DNA of 64,000 bases, taken from assembly GCF_963921235.1 (NCBI RefSeq), contig NC_086097.1, positions 43,650,001 to 43,714,000 of the forward strand. Reading direction: 5' to 3'. Of this stretch, positions 25,743-39,998 are shown piece by piece; position 1 is the first letter of the stretch; every line of letters begins with the position of its first letter. The DNA comes from Mobula hypostoma (taxonomy: Eukaryota). A model generated the notes under the pieces. The model was given only the letters and a program-made list of their open reading frames with translations, made no database searches and was not told where the DNA came from. The position numbers and the translations under genes were made by a program.

Positions 25743-26989
25743 GATCCATGTTGCAAGGTTTAAGTTTAGTTCAGTTCAGCGTCATGCCGCTAGCCCACTG
25801 CAGACCACAGGGCTATTCTTTGCCGAAGCTCCTGAGTCTGCACTGATCACCCTGTTCAAACTGCTCAGAAACAGCAAACGTAGAGTAACCAAAATCCAGA
25901 AACACATGCAACATAAACCTCAAAGCCCTCCAAAACAGGTCCGCAGCCTCTCTGATCAATCCTTGGAACATGGATCCCAAGACTCTACACTTTCCTCTGA
26001 CTGCAGCTAATGAGGGAGAGGAAGACTGCTGATGGCGCTGAACACCCGCCTGTCCTCTGCTCTTATCCTCATTGATTTCAATCTTGCTCAATGTCTAAAC
26101 CGGACAGAAGCAATGGAGTTGATCATGGCTTCATGCCCTGACTCCAGGCTGCAAACTCCACTTCAAACCTCACTGAACTCCCTTGGAGACAGCAAAGCGG
26201 AAGATCGTTCAATTGGCTCAAAAACACATAATCAAAATGTATAACACAGGTTCTAATCACATGCTACTCAGTAATAGAATATTTGAAAGCAGTAGTAACA
26301 GTAGTAGTTTCATGAATTGTCTGCAGGACATTGCCATTGGCCGCGTTGCTCGCCGGTGCATCTTACGAATTCTTCAGACCTCAACTCAGTACAGTTAAAA
26401 TCTAGTAGCCAGCTGTCAGAATTGTGTTATAGCAATTGGCAAACTACTAAGTAACATTTGGTAAAGTTCAGGAAATTCCTATATGCAACAATAGATATTA
26501 GTTACCACCTCTACAATATGGTGTTGTTGATACTTGTTATGAAAGAATTAATCCTCAATGCAAAAATATTATTTAATATTAATCTGTTCACATGACTGCA
26601 TTTATATATGGCCTTTCACTTCAAATCATTTCAAAATGCTGTTTTGCTAATTACATTACTTTCAGAAGTGCACCAGCTTAGGTATGCAAGAACAGCAGAT
26701 GGCAGCAATTACCTGATATTCACATATCTACATTAGTGCATACAAGTAATCTTTTCCTGTAGATAAAAATAATTACTTTATTTACTAACTGAAAACTCTT
26801 CATAACTATTACATGAAATAATCTTCTCTTAATAGCCAACCATGACAGTTTCAATAATGAAGGAGCACCAAGTATTTTATTTAAGGTGCTGGTTTATTGT
26901 CACTAGTTAGAACACTGTATCTGCTAGCACTTATTTAGAATTCACATGCATGAAAAATGCAGTGTCTTCAAACAAAGAAAGGTATTTTT

Positions 26990-28750
26990 CAGAAGCAGAG
27001 AAAACATAATACAAGACAGATGGCTAGATGGCCTACTCCTCTTTCTTTCTAAGTCACTCTATAATTCATCAAGATCATGGCTGATCTTCTACCTTTTACA
27101 GCACTATCATGATTCATACTGGATCTTTGGAATGAACACGATGACTGAATTTTTACAGCCGAGCAGAGTAAAGAATTACAAAGTTAGCCACCCTCTGAGT
27201 GACATCATTTTCCTCATCCAAGTCTGAACTGGCGCTAATACTCAAACAGTACCCCACGACTGTGGGCTTCTCAGTCAGGAGAAACATCCTCCCTCCATTT
27301 AGCCTACAGAACCACTTAAGAAATATGCTAGTTTAAGAGATCCCCTCATATCCTCCTAGCCTGCTTAATCTCTTCTTGTAAATTAAACCTGCCAGCCCTG
27401 AATATTCACAGCACTTCCAAGGCACCTGTGTGTAATTGTTGCTGTCAGTCTCTTGCCATTTAACAAATGTTCTGCATTGATTACGTATATCAAAGTGGAA
27501 GATCTTGCATTTTTTCAGATTATATTCTATCTGTCTTGTTCTTGCCCACCAATCAGGTTTCCTATATTACTTTGAAGAATCTTTTCCACTTACAGTCTCA
27601 CCTAGTTTACTATCAACAAACTTGGAAATATGACAGTCAAATCACTGAGATTGTGAATAGCTGGGGCCTCAAACACCAATTCCCATGGGACCTACAAGCT
27701 GGCCAACATTCATTGCTTTCTATACAATTACCAATCCCATCGTCAGTTGAGTACCATCAATTCCATGTGCTCCAACCTTGTTAAATAATTTTTTTTGGGT
27801 GTGACCTTATTAAAAGCTTTCCAGAAACTAACCACAGTCACTAGTTCCTCCTCATCCATTCTACTTATCACTACAAGAATTAGACAATACAGCCCATCGG
27901 GTCTGCTCTGCCGTTCCCTTGTGACTAATTCATTATCCCTCTCAACCTTATTCTTCTGCATTCGCCCTGTAACTTCTAACACTCTTACTAATCAAGAACC
28001 TCTGCTTTAAATATACCCGACTTAGCCTACACAGACATCTGTCACAATGAATTCCACAGATTCACCACCCCTGGCTAAGACAATTCCCCTGAATGCTATT
28101 TGAAGGGACATCTTTTTATTCTAAGACTGTACTCTCTGAACATGAACAGAATATTTCCTACAGTGGGAGAGTGTAGGACCACTCTATATAGGCTTTTTAA
28201 ATATTCAATAGGTTTCAATGAGATCCCCCTCACTTTTCTAAACTCCAGTGAGTACAGGCCCAGTCATCAAACGCTCCTTAAATGTTCTTTCATTTCCATA
28301 ATCATTTTCGTGAACTTTTCTCATCCTTTCTTAGAGACGGGGCCCAAAACTGCTCACAATACCCCAAGTGAGGCCTCTGAAGTGCCTTATAAAGCCTCAG
28401 CATTACATCCTTGCTTTTATATTTTAGTCCTCTCGAAATGAGTGCTAACATTCCATTTGCCTTCCTCCCCACTGACTCAACCTGCACATTAATCTTTAGG
28501 GAATCCTGCATGTAGACTCCCAAGTCCCTTTGCACCTCAGATTTTTGAATTCTCTTCCCGTTCAGAAAAGTCAATGCTTTTACTCCTTCTACCAAAGTGC
28601 ATGACCGTATACTTCCCAAGACGATATTCCATCTGCCACTTCTTTGGCCATTCTCCTAATCTGTCTGAGCCCTTATGCAGCCTCCTTGCTTCCTCAAAAC
28701 TATCTGCCCCTCCTCCGATCTTTGTATCCTCCGTAAACATGGCCAAACTT
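26990..28750 (-). mobile_element. Nested CR1 fragments
   Basis: EDTKIGG, LGEWPKKWQMEY, EVQRDLGV and MLRLYKALQRPHLGYCEQFWAP on minus-strand ORFs. Confidence 0.8.
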
Positions 28751-28965
28751 ATAAATTTCAAAGATTACTTGTTGGCAAAATTACCTATCAAATTTCAAAG
28801 CACCCAAACAACATAACACAGAATTAAGATTCAGCCTTAGCATCTGAAGCAGGACAGGCTACAAAAAGAAACCATGAGGGAGAGTGCAATGTCGTTACTG
28901 CATTTGTTTGGGCAATGGTGCAAATGTGGATGATTCTGAACAAAGCAGGTGAACCTACTGGTGAC

Positions 28966-29150
28966 AAACAACAGGAATTCTGCAGATGCTGGAAATTCAA
29001 GCAACACACATAAACAACAGGAATTCTGCAGATGCTGGAAATTCAAGCAACATATATCAAAGTTGCTGGTGAACGCAGCAGGCCAAGCAGCATCTACAGG
29101 AAGAGGCGCAGTCGACGTTTCAGGCCGAGACCCTTCGTCAGGACTAACTG
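28966..29150 (-). mobile_element. About 185-bp Penelope-tail insertion with an intact hammerhead and a tandemly duplicated 46-bp terminus
   Basis: Near-identical to 49347-49485. 28966-29011 is repeated at 29012-29057. Flanking TSD cctac/ttggtga (28954-28964 and 29153-29163, 10/11). Confidence 0.9.
29110..29145 (-). ncRNA. Minimal type I hammerhead ribozyme
   Basis: AGTC CTGACGA A GGGT CTCG GCCT GAAAC GTC^GACT; identical to 49445-49480. Confidence 0.82.
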
Positions 29151-30183
29151 GTCCTATTGGTGAAATGTTTTGCAATGAGCCCTTTCAGCAAGACTTTGCC
29201 ATATACTTTCCACAGCTGCAGGTACATTTAACAGTATTTTGAAAATGATACGCAATTCCTTGCATGCATGACAAGAAATAAAGACTTAATGGAAGCTCTA
29301 AAATACCTGAAGATTAGTTTTAAATACATATTATATGATTGGAGCAGAATGAATTATTATAACAATTGACAGATTATGAAGAATGCAACACCTTAAGTAA
29401 CATTGCTCAAAAAATCTGAACGTATCTAATGCCCTTAAGCAAAACTTTTAAGATTTCTCTTTTAAAAAAAAGGGTCTGAAATTAATTAATTTTTCTAAAC
29501 AGTAAGAAAAACCATAAAGGCAAAAGACCAATTCACACCCCCCGCCAAAAAAAAATGAACCCCAGTTACACCCTATTATTTCCTAACGAAAGTACACATA
29601 CACATTTAAGAAAAGCATTGTTGAAATGTTAGGAAATTTGGTTTTGAAATACCCTATGAACCTTGAAAGATTCATCTTCCACTTGAAATGGAGGACTTTA
29701 CAGGTTTAAAAACTTGCACGATCTAAAATCACTCAGAACACAAGATTGAGAGTTTTCTGAGAAAACGATGAGCCTCACAGATCCTGGATAATTCTGGATT
29801 AAATATAATTACTTGGAGCTTTTAATCAATTTTGTTCATATTATTTTAAGATCTTATCTGTACTAGCACAGAATGTAGAACATGATTTTTGTAAGTGCAA
29901 ACACCCACTGGAGTAATAAGACACATCACAAGACGCATCAAATGAGTTACCACATGGAACTGAAACAGTACCTGCAACCTAGTTACACTTCCTCTACATA
30001 TACCACAGACCTATTTAAAAATCTGCTCAGATCAGAATGGCTAAACCATGCACTGTTCCACAGTGCAATGGTGATAATATTGCAGTTCCAAAATATTACT
30101 ATTTCAAAATGTGAAATTCATGGCCATCCCAACAACAAAAATCTTAGATCTCCAAAGCACTTACAAAAATAGCAACCACTCAC

Positions 30184-30243
30184 CTTCCCAAAATCTCCAA
30201 CAGTTCCGCGATACCATTGTGGTGTTCTGTTTCATAAATAAAC
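30184..30243 (-). CDS. PPP2R5C: PP2A B56-gamma exon, 60 nt: (R)FIYETEHHNGIAELLEILG(S)
   Basis: cctag| acceptor and AG|gtgagt donor; conserved peptide. Confidence 0.97.
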
Positions 30244-31039
30244 CTAGGATAAAGAAGTGATTATAAATAGATTTATGGTTACTTACAGCATTAATCAACT
30301 AAATCCAAAAGCAGAATAATGCTGAATTATGCAAGCATGGTTACTGAGTGCTTGTGCTCATAGAACTTCATTTCCAACCCAGAGATTGAGGTAAATCTAA
30401 TATGGTACAAAACAAAGCGTATGGACTGGAACGCACAGCTTTGCGCACTAGTTCCAGGGTGCTTGATACCAAATTAGGAAGGTAGCATAATGCACAAGCA
30501 CCTGACTCTTCTGTAGACATACCATGGGTCCAGGGCAAGGGCTTCATTATTTGCTGATGCAAGAGGCTAGATACACTCCAAACGTGCCCCTCAGCTTAAC
30601 CCCACCCATGCATTTGCATGGATTGCTTACTTTCATTTAGAACTTACTTTTTCCCTCATGATAGATTTGTTTTCCTTATATAACAGGGTTTTGTGTTAAA
30701 TATCTTATTGTTGTTACTTTCAATCAATAAATGGGTTCGTTTACAAATTAATTTAAAAATCTTCATGTCTCACTTAATAGTGAGACATTTCGAAGCAATG
30801 AAAAGGTCATGAGATTATAAAATGTCAAAAGATCATCAAAACTGTCTGTGGGCTGGGCCAAACTTTCCATTGTTTGCAGCCTAGTTGCTCACTACGCTTT
30901 GCAGAAGACAGCAGGTGACTGCAGGAGGTAAGTGTGGCAATGAGGTTACCATACAGAATGACAAGAGAGCTTGTTAAGCACAATCCAATCCATTAATACA
31001 CCTTAAATTTCAGAAAAATAACTCTCAATGCTTGGAAGA

Positions 31040-31420
31040 GCTTTACCCATGATGGACTGAGCTGTATCCACTATTTTTTTTAATTGAATTTTCCATTCAT
31101 ATGTATTGGGTGTTTTCATACCAGACTGTGATGCAGCCAGTTAATGTACTCTCCACTACATATCTGTACTAGTTTGTCAAACTTTTAGATGTCCGCCAAC
31201 TCCTAAGGAAGTGGAGGTGCTGCCATGCTTTCTTCATAATTGCACGTGTGCTGGGCCCAATACAAATCCTCTGAAATAATAGCACCTCTAGGAATTTAAT
31301 GTTGCCTACACTCTCCATCTCTGATTCTACAATGAGACTGCATTATGGACCTCTGGTTTTCTTAACCTGAAGTCTATATTTATTTCCTTGGTTGAGTGAG
31401 AGGTTGTTGTTATGACAAGG
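31040..31420 (-). mobile_element. Rex1/Babar-like LINE fragment
   Basis: Reverse-complement similarity to 25208-25742 (cataacaacaacctctcactcaac, cagcacctccacttccttaggag). Confidence 0.65.
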
Positions 31421-32219
31421 TAAGTCACCAAACTATAAATAGTTATTGTTCAATAATAGCAGACAATCACAATATGTTTGCAGATCAAGCAACATCCATC
31501 GGGAAAGAGCTAACACTTCAGATCAAGTACTCTTCAACAGAACTGGAGAAGTGAAGAACAGGTGATGCAGAAGTGGGGTGGAGAAAACAGAGGAAATGTC
31601 CGTGGTAGAACGCAGACCCAAATTGTCAACGTGATTATCTTAAAAGCAAGCTGTTAAAATTTTAAAATGAAATAGTAAATCGCAAACTGATTGAATTTGT
31701 TTCTTTTTTCTCTTCTAATTGCCCTTTTCAAAGTAATTTCTCACTTGTTTTGCATTGAACATCTACATGTTTTGCCTCAATGATAAGAGAATTGAATAGT
31801 CTCTGCAGGCGCTTAATCAGAATAAAAGTACAGCGTGCTTACAATGGTTAAACTTACTTCACTAATAATTCAATAGCTGGTGTGCAAGCTGAGAATTACT
31901 TCACTGACCTGTGCTTGGGAATGGCTGCTGAAATCTTGGTGTGCAAATGCTGGGAATATTTTACCTTGACGACAACATGGTGGAAAAATACTTAGGGTGC
32001 ATGAATGCGGAACAGGCATGTCCTGTATAGTACTGTTGAAGGTGTGCTTTGAGAAACTCAAGCACTTCTTTGCAATTCTGAAGTGCCTTTTATACAACTG
32101 GAAGACTTTGGATGCACCCACCAACAACAGCACTATCAAAACCTGCGCCCATTTATTTGACAGGTCTGGGTGATGACACCACCATCTCTATTACAACACA
32201 CTAGATTCCACATCAATTA

Positions 32220-32420
<201 letters not shown>

Positions 32421-34032
32421 TTATTGAGCACCTTCCTGGCTAGATAAGAGTGAGAATTTCTATTGTAGAGCAATCTGTTTGGCAAAAGTAAACAGTATCT
32501 CTGATGTCCTTTAATTAAGTTTAAAAAAGCATTCTTAGAATTCAGTAAGACCATTGCCCATTTAACCTAGAGTGGGCTTAGAGGATTTGGATCTCTGGGC
32601 ACATGGAAGCACTTTAACTTCCTTAATAAGTAGTTGATCAAAAAATATTTTCCAATGTTGAATAGACTAGCAAGGCAGAATAAAAGATTACAGGAGTTCA
32701 TTAAGACCTCTCCAAGCCATTCTTATCAAGTATCTCGTAATATTTTACACAAGATTTATTGCAATATGCTTCTAAATAAATGTTCTGAGACCATGCCTTT
32801 ACTCAAACTGAGCTAGTAGATGCTACATACAGAGGTAGTAAACCTTTTTCAGCTAAATTGGCAATAAAATTCTAAGTCATTTTCTCGAGTGCTACATTGA
32901 TATTGAGCAGACTTCATTAATGAATTAGTAACAATAATTATAGATTTTAAGGAAAAAGGATGAGTCCTGTTACTGATTTATGTGTATTCATTGTTTTACT
33001 AATAAAAGTATAACAGACACAGACGGAAATAAACGAAGCATTTAAGAAAACCTTTTCCAAGGTAATTAAAATTTAAAAAGACAAATGAAAAATATTCACT
33101 AAGTCACTGAATTACATTTATTTACTGTTATCACTAAATATCCAGTGCTCACTCACAAATGACACAAAAACATAAGCAGAGTGAGGCCAATGCCAACTGG
33201 TGTGCACACCAGATCTGCAAGGATTTCAAAACACATCATCCGATTTCACATGCTCTTGCAATGTCACATCTCCTTGCTCTCAGGCTGTAAAATGCCATTT
33301 GCTGCTTCATTAGGCAGTAAAAATAATCATATCATAATCATTTGTTATAGGTGGGTTTTAAAGAATTGTGGGGTATACAAATAATTATGGAAAAGGAAAG
33401 AATGAGACTCAAATCTGCTATTTTCAAAACCACCAGCTCATTTTCTAATATAATAATCATTACTTCATTTGTGATGCCCAAACTGCTTGAAGGCTCTTAA
33501 AGCATAATACAGAAAAACAAACGTGCATCTATTCTGGAATCTGTTAATAAGTGTTCTCAAAGAACCTAAATAAATGAACTATTTTTTTTAAAATGTAGTG
33601 CTGTAGGCAAACATTACAAGTCCTTTTTATAGCTTCAAACTTAAAATTTAAAAAATGAGAAAATTCTAGTCAATATATCATATCCTAACATTTGCTGTCA
33701 ACTTGTTAAATTTGCTTATTGGCAATGTGACCTGACAACACACTTAAGGCATTGCTACAGGGATCATTCACACCTTGCATCTATAGACCCCATTAACAGG
33801 TTTGATACAAGTTCATACTACAGCCCCGTAGAGCTGATACATAAAAATTATTTTATCTTGTTCTGATAACCACCATGAATTAGCACTAAAAATTATGGAA
33901 AATAATGCTGATCATGATGATCCAATTTGTTTAGCAAAACTTTAATACCACAAAAATTAAGAGATGCCAACTAGAAAGCCATTCAGGACAAATAAAAAAA
34001 ATAAAATAAGCTTGGTGCATTATTTCTCTTAC

Positions 34033-34125
34033 CTGCATTACAAATTTCTGGTCAATGTACTTCTTTGCTATATTTGGTTGAAAATCAGCAGACTCCAGAA
34101 ACCTCAAGAAAAATTCATACACCAA
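34033..34125 (-). CDS. PPP2R5C: PP2A B56-gamma exon, 93 nt: [31 protein letters not shown]
   Basis: ttcag| acceptor and CAG|gtaaga donor; visible in the ORF track. Confidence 0.97.
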
Positions 34126-34199
34126 CTGAAAAGAAAATTATTAATAATATTGGTATTAATAGATGACAAAGATCACATTATACTGCATTATATTCTATA

Positions 34200-36326
34200 T
34201 ATACAATCAGAGTCCACTGAGAATGTTTGTGGTCTTCTGCTGCTGTAGGCCATCCTCCTCTAGGTTCAGCTTGTTGTGCGCTCAGACATGCACTTCTGCA
34301 CACCACTGTTGTAACATATGGTTGTAAGACCCTAAGACACAGGAGCTGAAATAGGCCATTTGGCCCATCGAGTCTGCTCTGCCATTTCATCATGCCTGAT
34401 TTATTATTCCTCTCAACTCCATTCTCCTGCCTTCTGTATGAAACACCCCAACCAGAATAACCAACTGTACGGTCAGACATCAGCAAATTTTCATGCCTCA
34501 GTGAGATTAGGTCTCATTTCTCTATATTTGAGAGTGTACTGGGCCAAGTTACTTAATTTCTCATTAGGATAGTTCCCTGTCCTCTAAATTAAACAGGAGA
34601 AGCATCATTATGTTTCTTTTATTTAGGAAGAGCAGACCAGAACATAATTTTCCAAGTGCACCCCAACTAGGGCACAATAGCACTAAAACAACTTTATGCT
34701 AATATTTAAATTTTCTCAGAGGGACCATTTGTTTTTCTTACTTGCAGTATCTACACATTAATATTCGATGATTTGTATGCAAGAACAACCAAGAGCTTCT
34801 ACTCTATTGACATTTGAAATGTTCTTTCATTCTGTGCACACACTGATTCTCTGCAATTACTCTATCCTTAACTCATCCTTATCACTGTCAATTTGTTCCT
34901 ATCTCAATCCTGCAACCAAAACCCATTGTATTACAAACCCTGACCCCTGGCAACCTAACCATCCCAGACTTGTACTTGGCCCCCTCTTAACCATGACACT
35001 GCCTTCCCATTCTGTCCATCAGAGCCCCTCCCACCAGCTCCTTGGGCAGTCCACTACCCCTAATCTCTAACTGAGCCCCAGCAACTCCCTCCCCACACGC
35101 CTACCTGGACAACTTCAACACTACCACCCATTCTCTCCTTTCCACCCCTCCCAGAATCCTGTCTCCTTCAACTGCCCAACTTTCCCAGAACCTCCTTCCC
35201 CTGTATCTACTTACCACTCCCAGAAACCTCCCTTTCAGAACTTCCTATCCCCTCACCTACTCCCCTAACCCACCCCACTCCATCTGGAATGCCCTTTACT
35301 CCCCATTGCCCAAGAGCCCCTTAAACTCCCTCTACCCACACCCCGCACTCCATTGTACCCCTTCACCACCCTTGAACACCCAATCCCCAACCACCCACCC
35401 AGCCTCCAAAATCCTCCAACCACCTCACCCATGTTCTCTGACTCTCCTCTCCCTCACAGCCACCCCTTCCAATTCCCCTTCCCCCAGCCCTCTCTAGCTT
35501 CCTTATTCCTTGGCATGTCCCCTCCCTCCTTTTCCTGACACAGCACAGTACCCCTCTCTCCAACCCCCACCCTCCCCAGGGCTGTGCCCTCATATCTTCC
35601 ATCTTCTCACTCTTCCCCACATTCTACCCCATTTGGCTTCTTCAAATTCCTCCAACCCCCTGCCTCTCCCTCATTCCTCACTTTCTCTGACCCCCCCCCC
35701 ACCCCGGCCAGGATTTTCCTCTTCTTTTCCTTGCTCACTCTCCCTTTCAGCTCTGTTTTCTCTCTCTACACCATTCTGTGTACCTTGTGGCTCAGATATT
35801 TCCTGACCAAAGCAGCGGCTGACTCTTCCACCCTACTGTTGTCCATTGCCAGGGCCTGAGCTGTTTACACCGCATCTTCCCTCTTCATTCAAATCACCAA
35901 CACTGAAACTACGCAAACCTCTCACTCTTCCAAGTCCATTTGAGTTACTGTCATCTTTCTGTCAGTTTGAACAAGTCTGGCCATTCTCCTTTAGAATTTA
36001 CAGGGCATCCACAGAACTGCCACTTATTGGATTTTGTTTTTGTTTTTCGCACCATTCTCTGTAAACTCTAGAGATTACCATGTGTAAAAATCCCAGGAGA
36101 TAAGCAGTTTCTGAGATACTCAAACCACTCTGCCTAGTACTAATAATCATTCCACTATCAAAATCACTTAGATCACATTTCTTACCCATTCTGATGTTTG
36201 GTCTGAACAACAATTGAACCTCTTGACCATGTCTGCACACTTTTATGCATCGAGTTGCTGCCACGATTGGCTGATTACAACCTGCATTAATGAACAGGTG
36301 TACCTAATAAAGAGGCCACCAAATGT
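34200..36326 (-). mobile_element. Tc1-like non-autonomous element split by a 1.6-kb insertion (34325-35937)
   Basis: Transposase N-terminus MGKKCDLSDFDSGMII..GLSISETAYLLGF..RRMARLVQTDRKMTVTQI (36192-35938) continues as TICYNSGVQKCMSERTT..MAYSSRRP from 34324 downward. Confidence 0.75.
34930..35800. repeat. C/pyrimidine-rich low-complexity tract (G-rich on the host transcript strand)
   Basis: Dense CCC runs and few G on the plus strand. Confidence 0.8.
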
Positions 36327-37135
36327 AAAACTAACATGATTAATTTGTGTATAATTATTTTTGTAGTGGACCTGTGTTATGCATCATTTCCAAGTGAAAT
36401 GGTAACTGTTAATTAACCGAAGTATCTTATGGCAACTTGTCCACCAACTTTACTCCCTCCCTTTTTTTTGCCTTCAGCTGTTGATCAATAGAGGATTAGG
36501 TTTATGGTGCTGAAGGTTTAAAAGCCATTTTTGAAATACAGGAAAATAATTTTTCTAGTGCTAAGAAGTTAACTAGTACGAGATCAGACTGGCTTCTTGT
36601 CTACACCTCAAAAGATCCTCAGACTATGGTCTGCCTGTTGACCAAAATACTTTTGCTTAATTGTTTACAGCTGCATACTAACCTTTAGTATGAAAGCAAG
36701 CTGTTCCAATTAGATTTACAGTCAAAATAAATTAATGGAGTAGTTCTATGTTGAATTTGAGTGAATAACAACTAAATGTCCAATGTATGACCAATAATAA
36801 GAAACAACTAAATTATTTAGGTTAGAACTGAATTTTGAGATTTTCTACTGTCTGAAAAGAATCGTGTTTAAATTTACTACATTATTAATTGTCAAATTTC
36901 ACTTACAAGAAGATTCATTCCAAAGAACTAATTCTAATTTGCAACGATTATAGTTAAATGGCTGTATACACTGAGGACCAGTAGGAAGGTGATATGTTAG
37001 CATGCAGAAATAACAGAAGGAATTTTAGAAAATTGTAAATCAAAGAGAGACAATGGGGCTTTTTGAAGGGAAATTTTGTTCAAAAGATTTGCAAGTATCT
37101 TTAGGATGTATTAAACAGGATTTACTGGTGTAACG

Positions 37136-37921
37136 CAGCGGTCCCCAACCACTAGGCCGTGGACCGGTACCGGGCCGCAAAGCATGTGCTACCGTCCGCG
37201 AGGAAATGATATGATTTGGCAATATGAGTCAGCTGCACCTTTCCTCATTCCGTCACGCCCACTGTTGAGCTTGAACGCACGCGAGGTCATTACCCACGCG
37301 TCATCCATGTCAGCACGGGAAGGAGATCAACTCCTTGAGCTTGCAAATGACGGTGGGCAGAAAAGTATGTTTGACATAACATCTCTGCCGGCATTCTGGA
37401 TCAAAGTCAAGGCTGAATATACTGTGACAGCCACAAAAGCACTGAAAACGTTGCTTCCATTTCCGACATATTTCTGCGAAGCGGCGTTTTCTGCAATGAA
37501 TACTAAATTGCGGAATAGATTGGACATAAGGAACCCCCTTTGAGTATCGCTGTCTCCCATCACTCCTCGATGGCACCGTCTCGTTGCAGGGAAACAAGCC
37601 CAGGGCTCCCACTGATTCAGCGATATTGGTGTGTTGCAATGATTTTATATGTTCATATGGGGAAAATATGTGCCTGAACAGAATTGCCAAAAACGATCTG
37701 TAGGAAAAAAAAAAATTTTCTACACGTGCACACCTACACACATGCACACACAGGTGTTCGCGCAAGGCTTCATGGTCATGGTAGTCTTTCTCGGGGTAAA
37801 CACAACGTATTCGACTGCTACTCTTGTCCGTTGGCAACCCTACCCATCCCTCACCCCCGGTCCGCAAGAATATTGTCAATATTAAACCGGTCCGCAGTGC
37901 AAAAAAGGTTGGGGACCCCTG
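37136..37921 (+). mobile_element. Charlie-like hAT non-autonomous element
   Basis: TIRs cagcggtccccaacc / ggttggggacccctg; TSD gtgtaacg / gtgtgatg (6/8); hAT dimerisation-domain remnant FWIKVKAEY..ALKTLLPFPTYFCEAAFS. Confidence 0.88.
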
Positions 37922-38499
37922 GTGTGATGTATTTGGGTTTCCAAATAGCATTCGACAGGTCGTTGCACAAAGGATGGTGGGATAAGGGTGATTACTACAA
38001 GAGATAACATTTCACAGCTTTGGCACTAACACAGGACCAATTTGCTTTCAAACTTACTCTGCCATTTGATACAATCATGCCTGATCATCTTCATATCCCT
38101 TGACACGTTTTGTTTCTAGAAAATTATCCACCATCTTAAATAATATCCATCAATTAAGGAGACCAAAACAAGAGGCAATGTGCCCTGAGACACAAAAGCT
38201 TGAAGATGCTGGGATAGGGAATAAATGAATAATTGCTAGAGGAACTTGGGAAGTAGACAGTTGACCATTCCTTGAATGGTCCACAAACATAACCTTGCAC
38301 ATTAATTGCACTTTTGCAATTTTTAAAAATATTGTAACTTATACTATTTTTAAAAAAAAAATCTTACATCATATTGCTGCTACAAAATAAATTTCACAAT
38401 ATACATCAGGGACAGTGAACCTCATTCTGAATACACGGAGGCAAGCACTGCTCCTTATGGTACCACATCAGTCGATGCATGATATCCAAAAATAACTAA

Positions 38500-39890
38500 G
38501 TTATTGCAGAGGTGGAATTACAACATGGAAAAGGATCTTTCAGACCAATGCATTCATGCTAACCAAGATGCCTATCCAACCTGGTTTCATTTGCCTGTGT
38601 TTGACCCTTTTCCTGCCCATATTCCTGATGAAATACCTTTCAAACATTGTCACTGCTCTACCGCTGGAAGCTTGTTCCATGTAATCACAATTATGTGCAG
38701 AAAAGCTTACCTTCAGGTCCTATTTAAATATTTCCCCACATTTCCTCACTCCCATTTTAAATCTATATCTTCCATTTTTATACATTTCTACCTCTGGAGA
38801 AAGACTTTGTGTATTCACCTCATCTATCCATTCACTCGTGATCTTATAAAGTTCTACAAGGTCACCCCTCAGTCTCCCACATTTCAGGTAAAATATCCCA
38901 GCCTGACCTTATAACTCAAACCCTCCAATCTCAGTAACATCTTTGTGAAGCTTGGCTGCACCCTTTCCATCTTAATGACAACCCAACTATAGCTGCGCGA
39001 CAAGAACTACACACAATTTCTAAATGTGGCCTCAGCACGACTTGTGCAGTTGCAACATAACACCCTATCTCCTGTACTTAATGATGTGACCAAGAATGCA
39101 AGTCTGCCAAAAGTCTTATCCACTATCTTGACTGCTTATGTCATCACCTACAGGAAAATTTGTACCTATACTCTTAGGTATGTCTGTTCAACAATCTTCC
39201 TCAAAACCCCCCCATTTATTGTACAAGTCCTGGCAAAATATGACATTTCACCTCTGAGCTCTTCCTTGGCCCACCTTCTGTAAATTTTAAACTCATCTTC
39301 TTCACCATTTACTACACCACCAATTTTGGTGCCATCCACAAACTTACCAACATGTTATCACCCAAATTGTTAATACAGATATAAACAACAATGGTCCAGC
39401 ACCCAATCCCTATGGTCATATACCTCCGACTGCCACCCTGTCTCCTTCCACCAAGCCAATTTTCTATACAATTGGCTAGCTCATGTGATCTAACCTTCCA
39501 CACTAGCCTACCATGCAAGATTTTATCAAAGGCCTTGCTAAAAATCCATGTAGATAACGTCTACTGCTCTGCCCTCAATATTCTTTGCTTCATCTTCAAA
39601 AAAAAACACCTCAAATTTGTGAGACTAGTTCCCAAGCACAAAGCCATGATGACAACCCCAACTAGTCTTTACCTTTCCAAGTAGACCTTATCCCTCAGAC
39701 TCCCCTCCAGTAACTTTCCCACCACTGATGTTAACATCACTGGTCTGTGGTTCACTGGTTTGTCCTTGCAGCCTTTCTTAAATAAACGCACATCATTAGT
39801 CACTCTCTATTCTCTCAGGACTCCCACGTGACTAAAGTTGATGCGAATATTTCTGTGTGGGATCCACAATTTCCTCCCTAGCTTTCAATA
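38500..39890 (-). mobile_element. Old CR1 RT fragment
   Basis: Minus strand: gtagacgttatctacatggattttagcaaggcctttgataaa (VDVIYMDFSKAFDK) and IENWLGGRRQ. Confidence 0.75.
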
Positions 39891-39907
39891 ATGATGCACT
39901 TAGTTAG

Positions 39908-39998
39908 CAAACAAGAGAAAATCTGCAGATGCTTGAAATCCAAGCAACGCTCAGAAAATGCTGCCTGGCCTGCTGAGTTCCTCCAGCATTGTGTGCGC
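39908..39998 (-). mobile_element. 91-bp Penelope-tail insertion with internal inversion
   Basis: Perfect 15-bp TSD gatgcacttagttag (39893-39907 and 39999-40013); the two halves of the tail are in opposite orientations. Confidence 0.85.

Noticed and set aside
28966..29057. Tandem 46-bp repeats as a CRISPR-like array
   Set aside because: Eukaryotic context, no spacers; explained by PLE terminal duplication.
35306..35859. Pro/Ser-rich ORFs
   Set aside because: They arise from the low-complexity C-rich tract.
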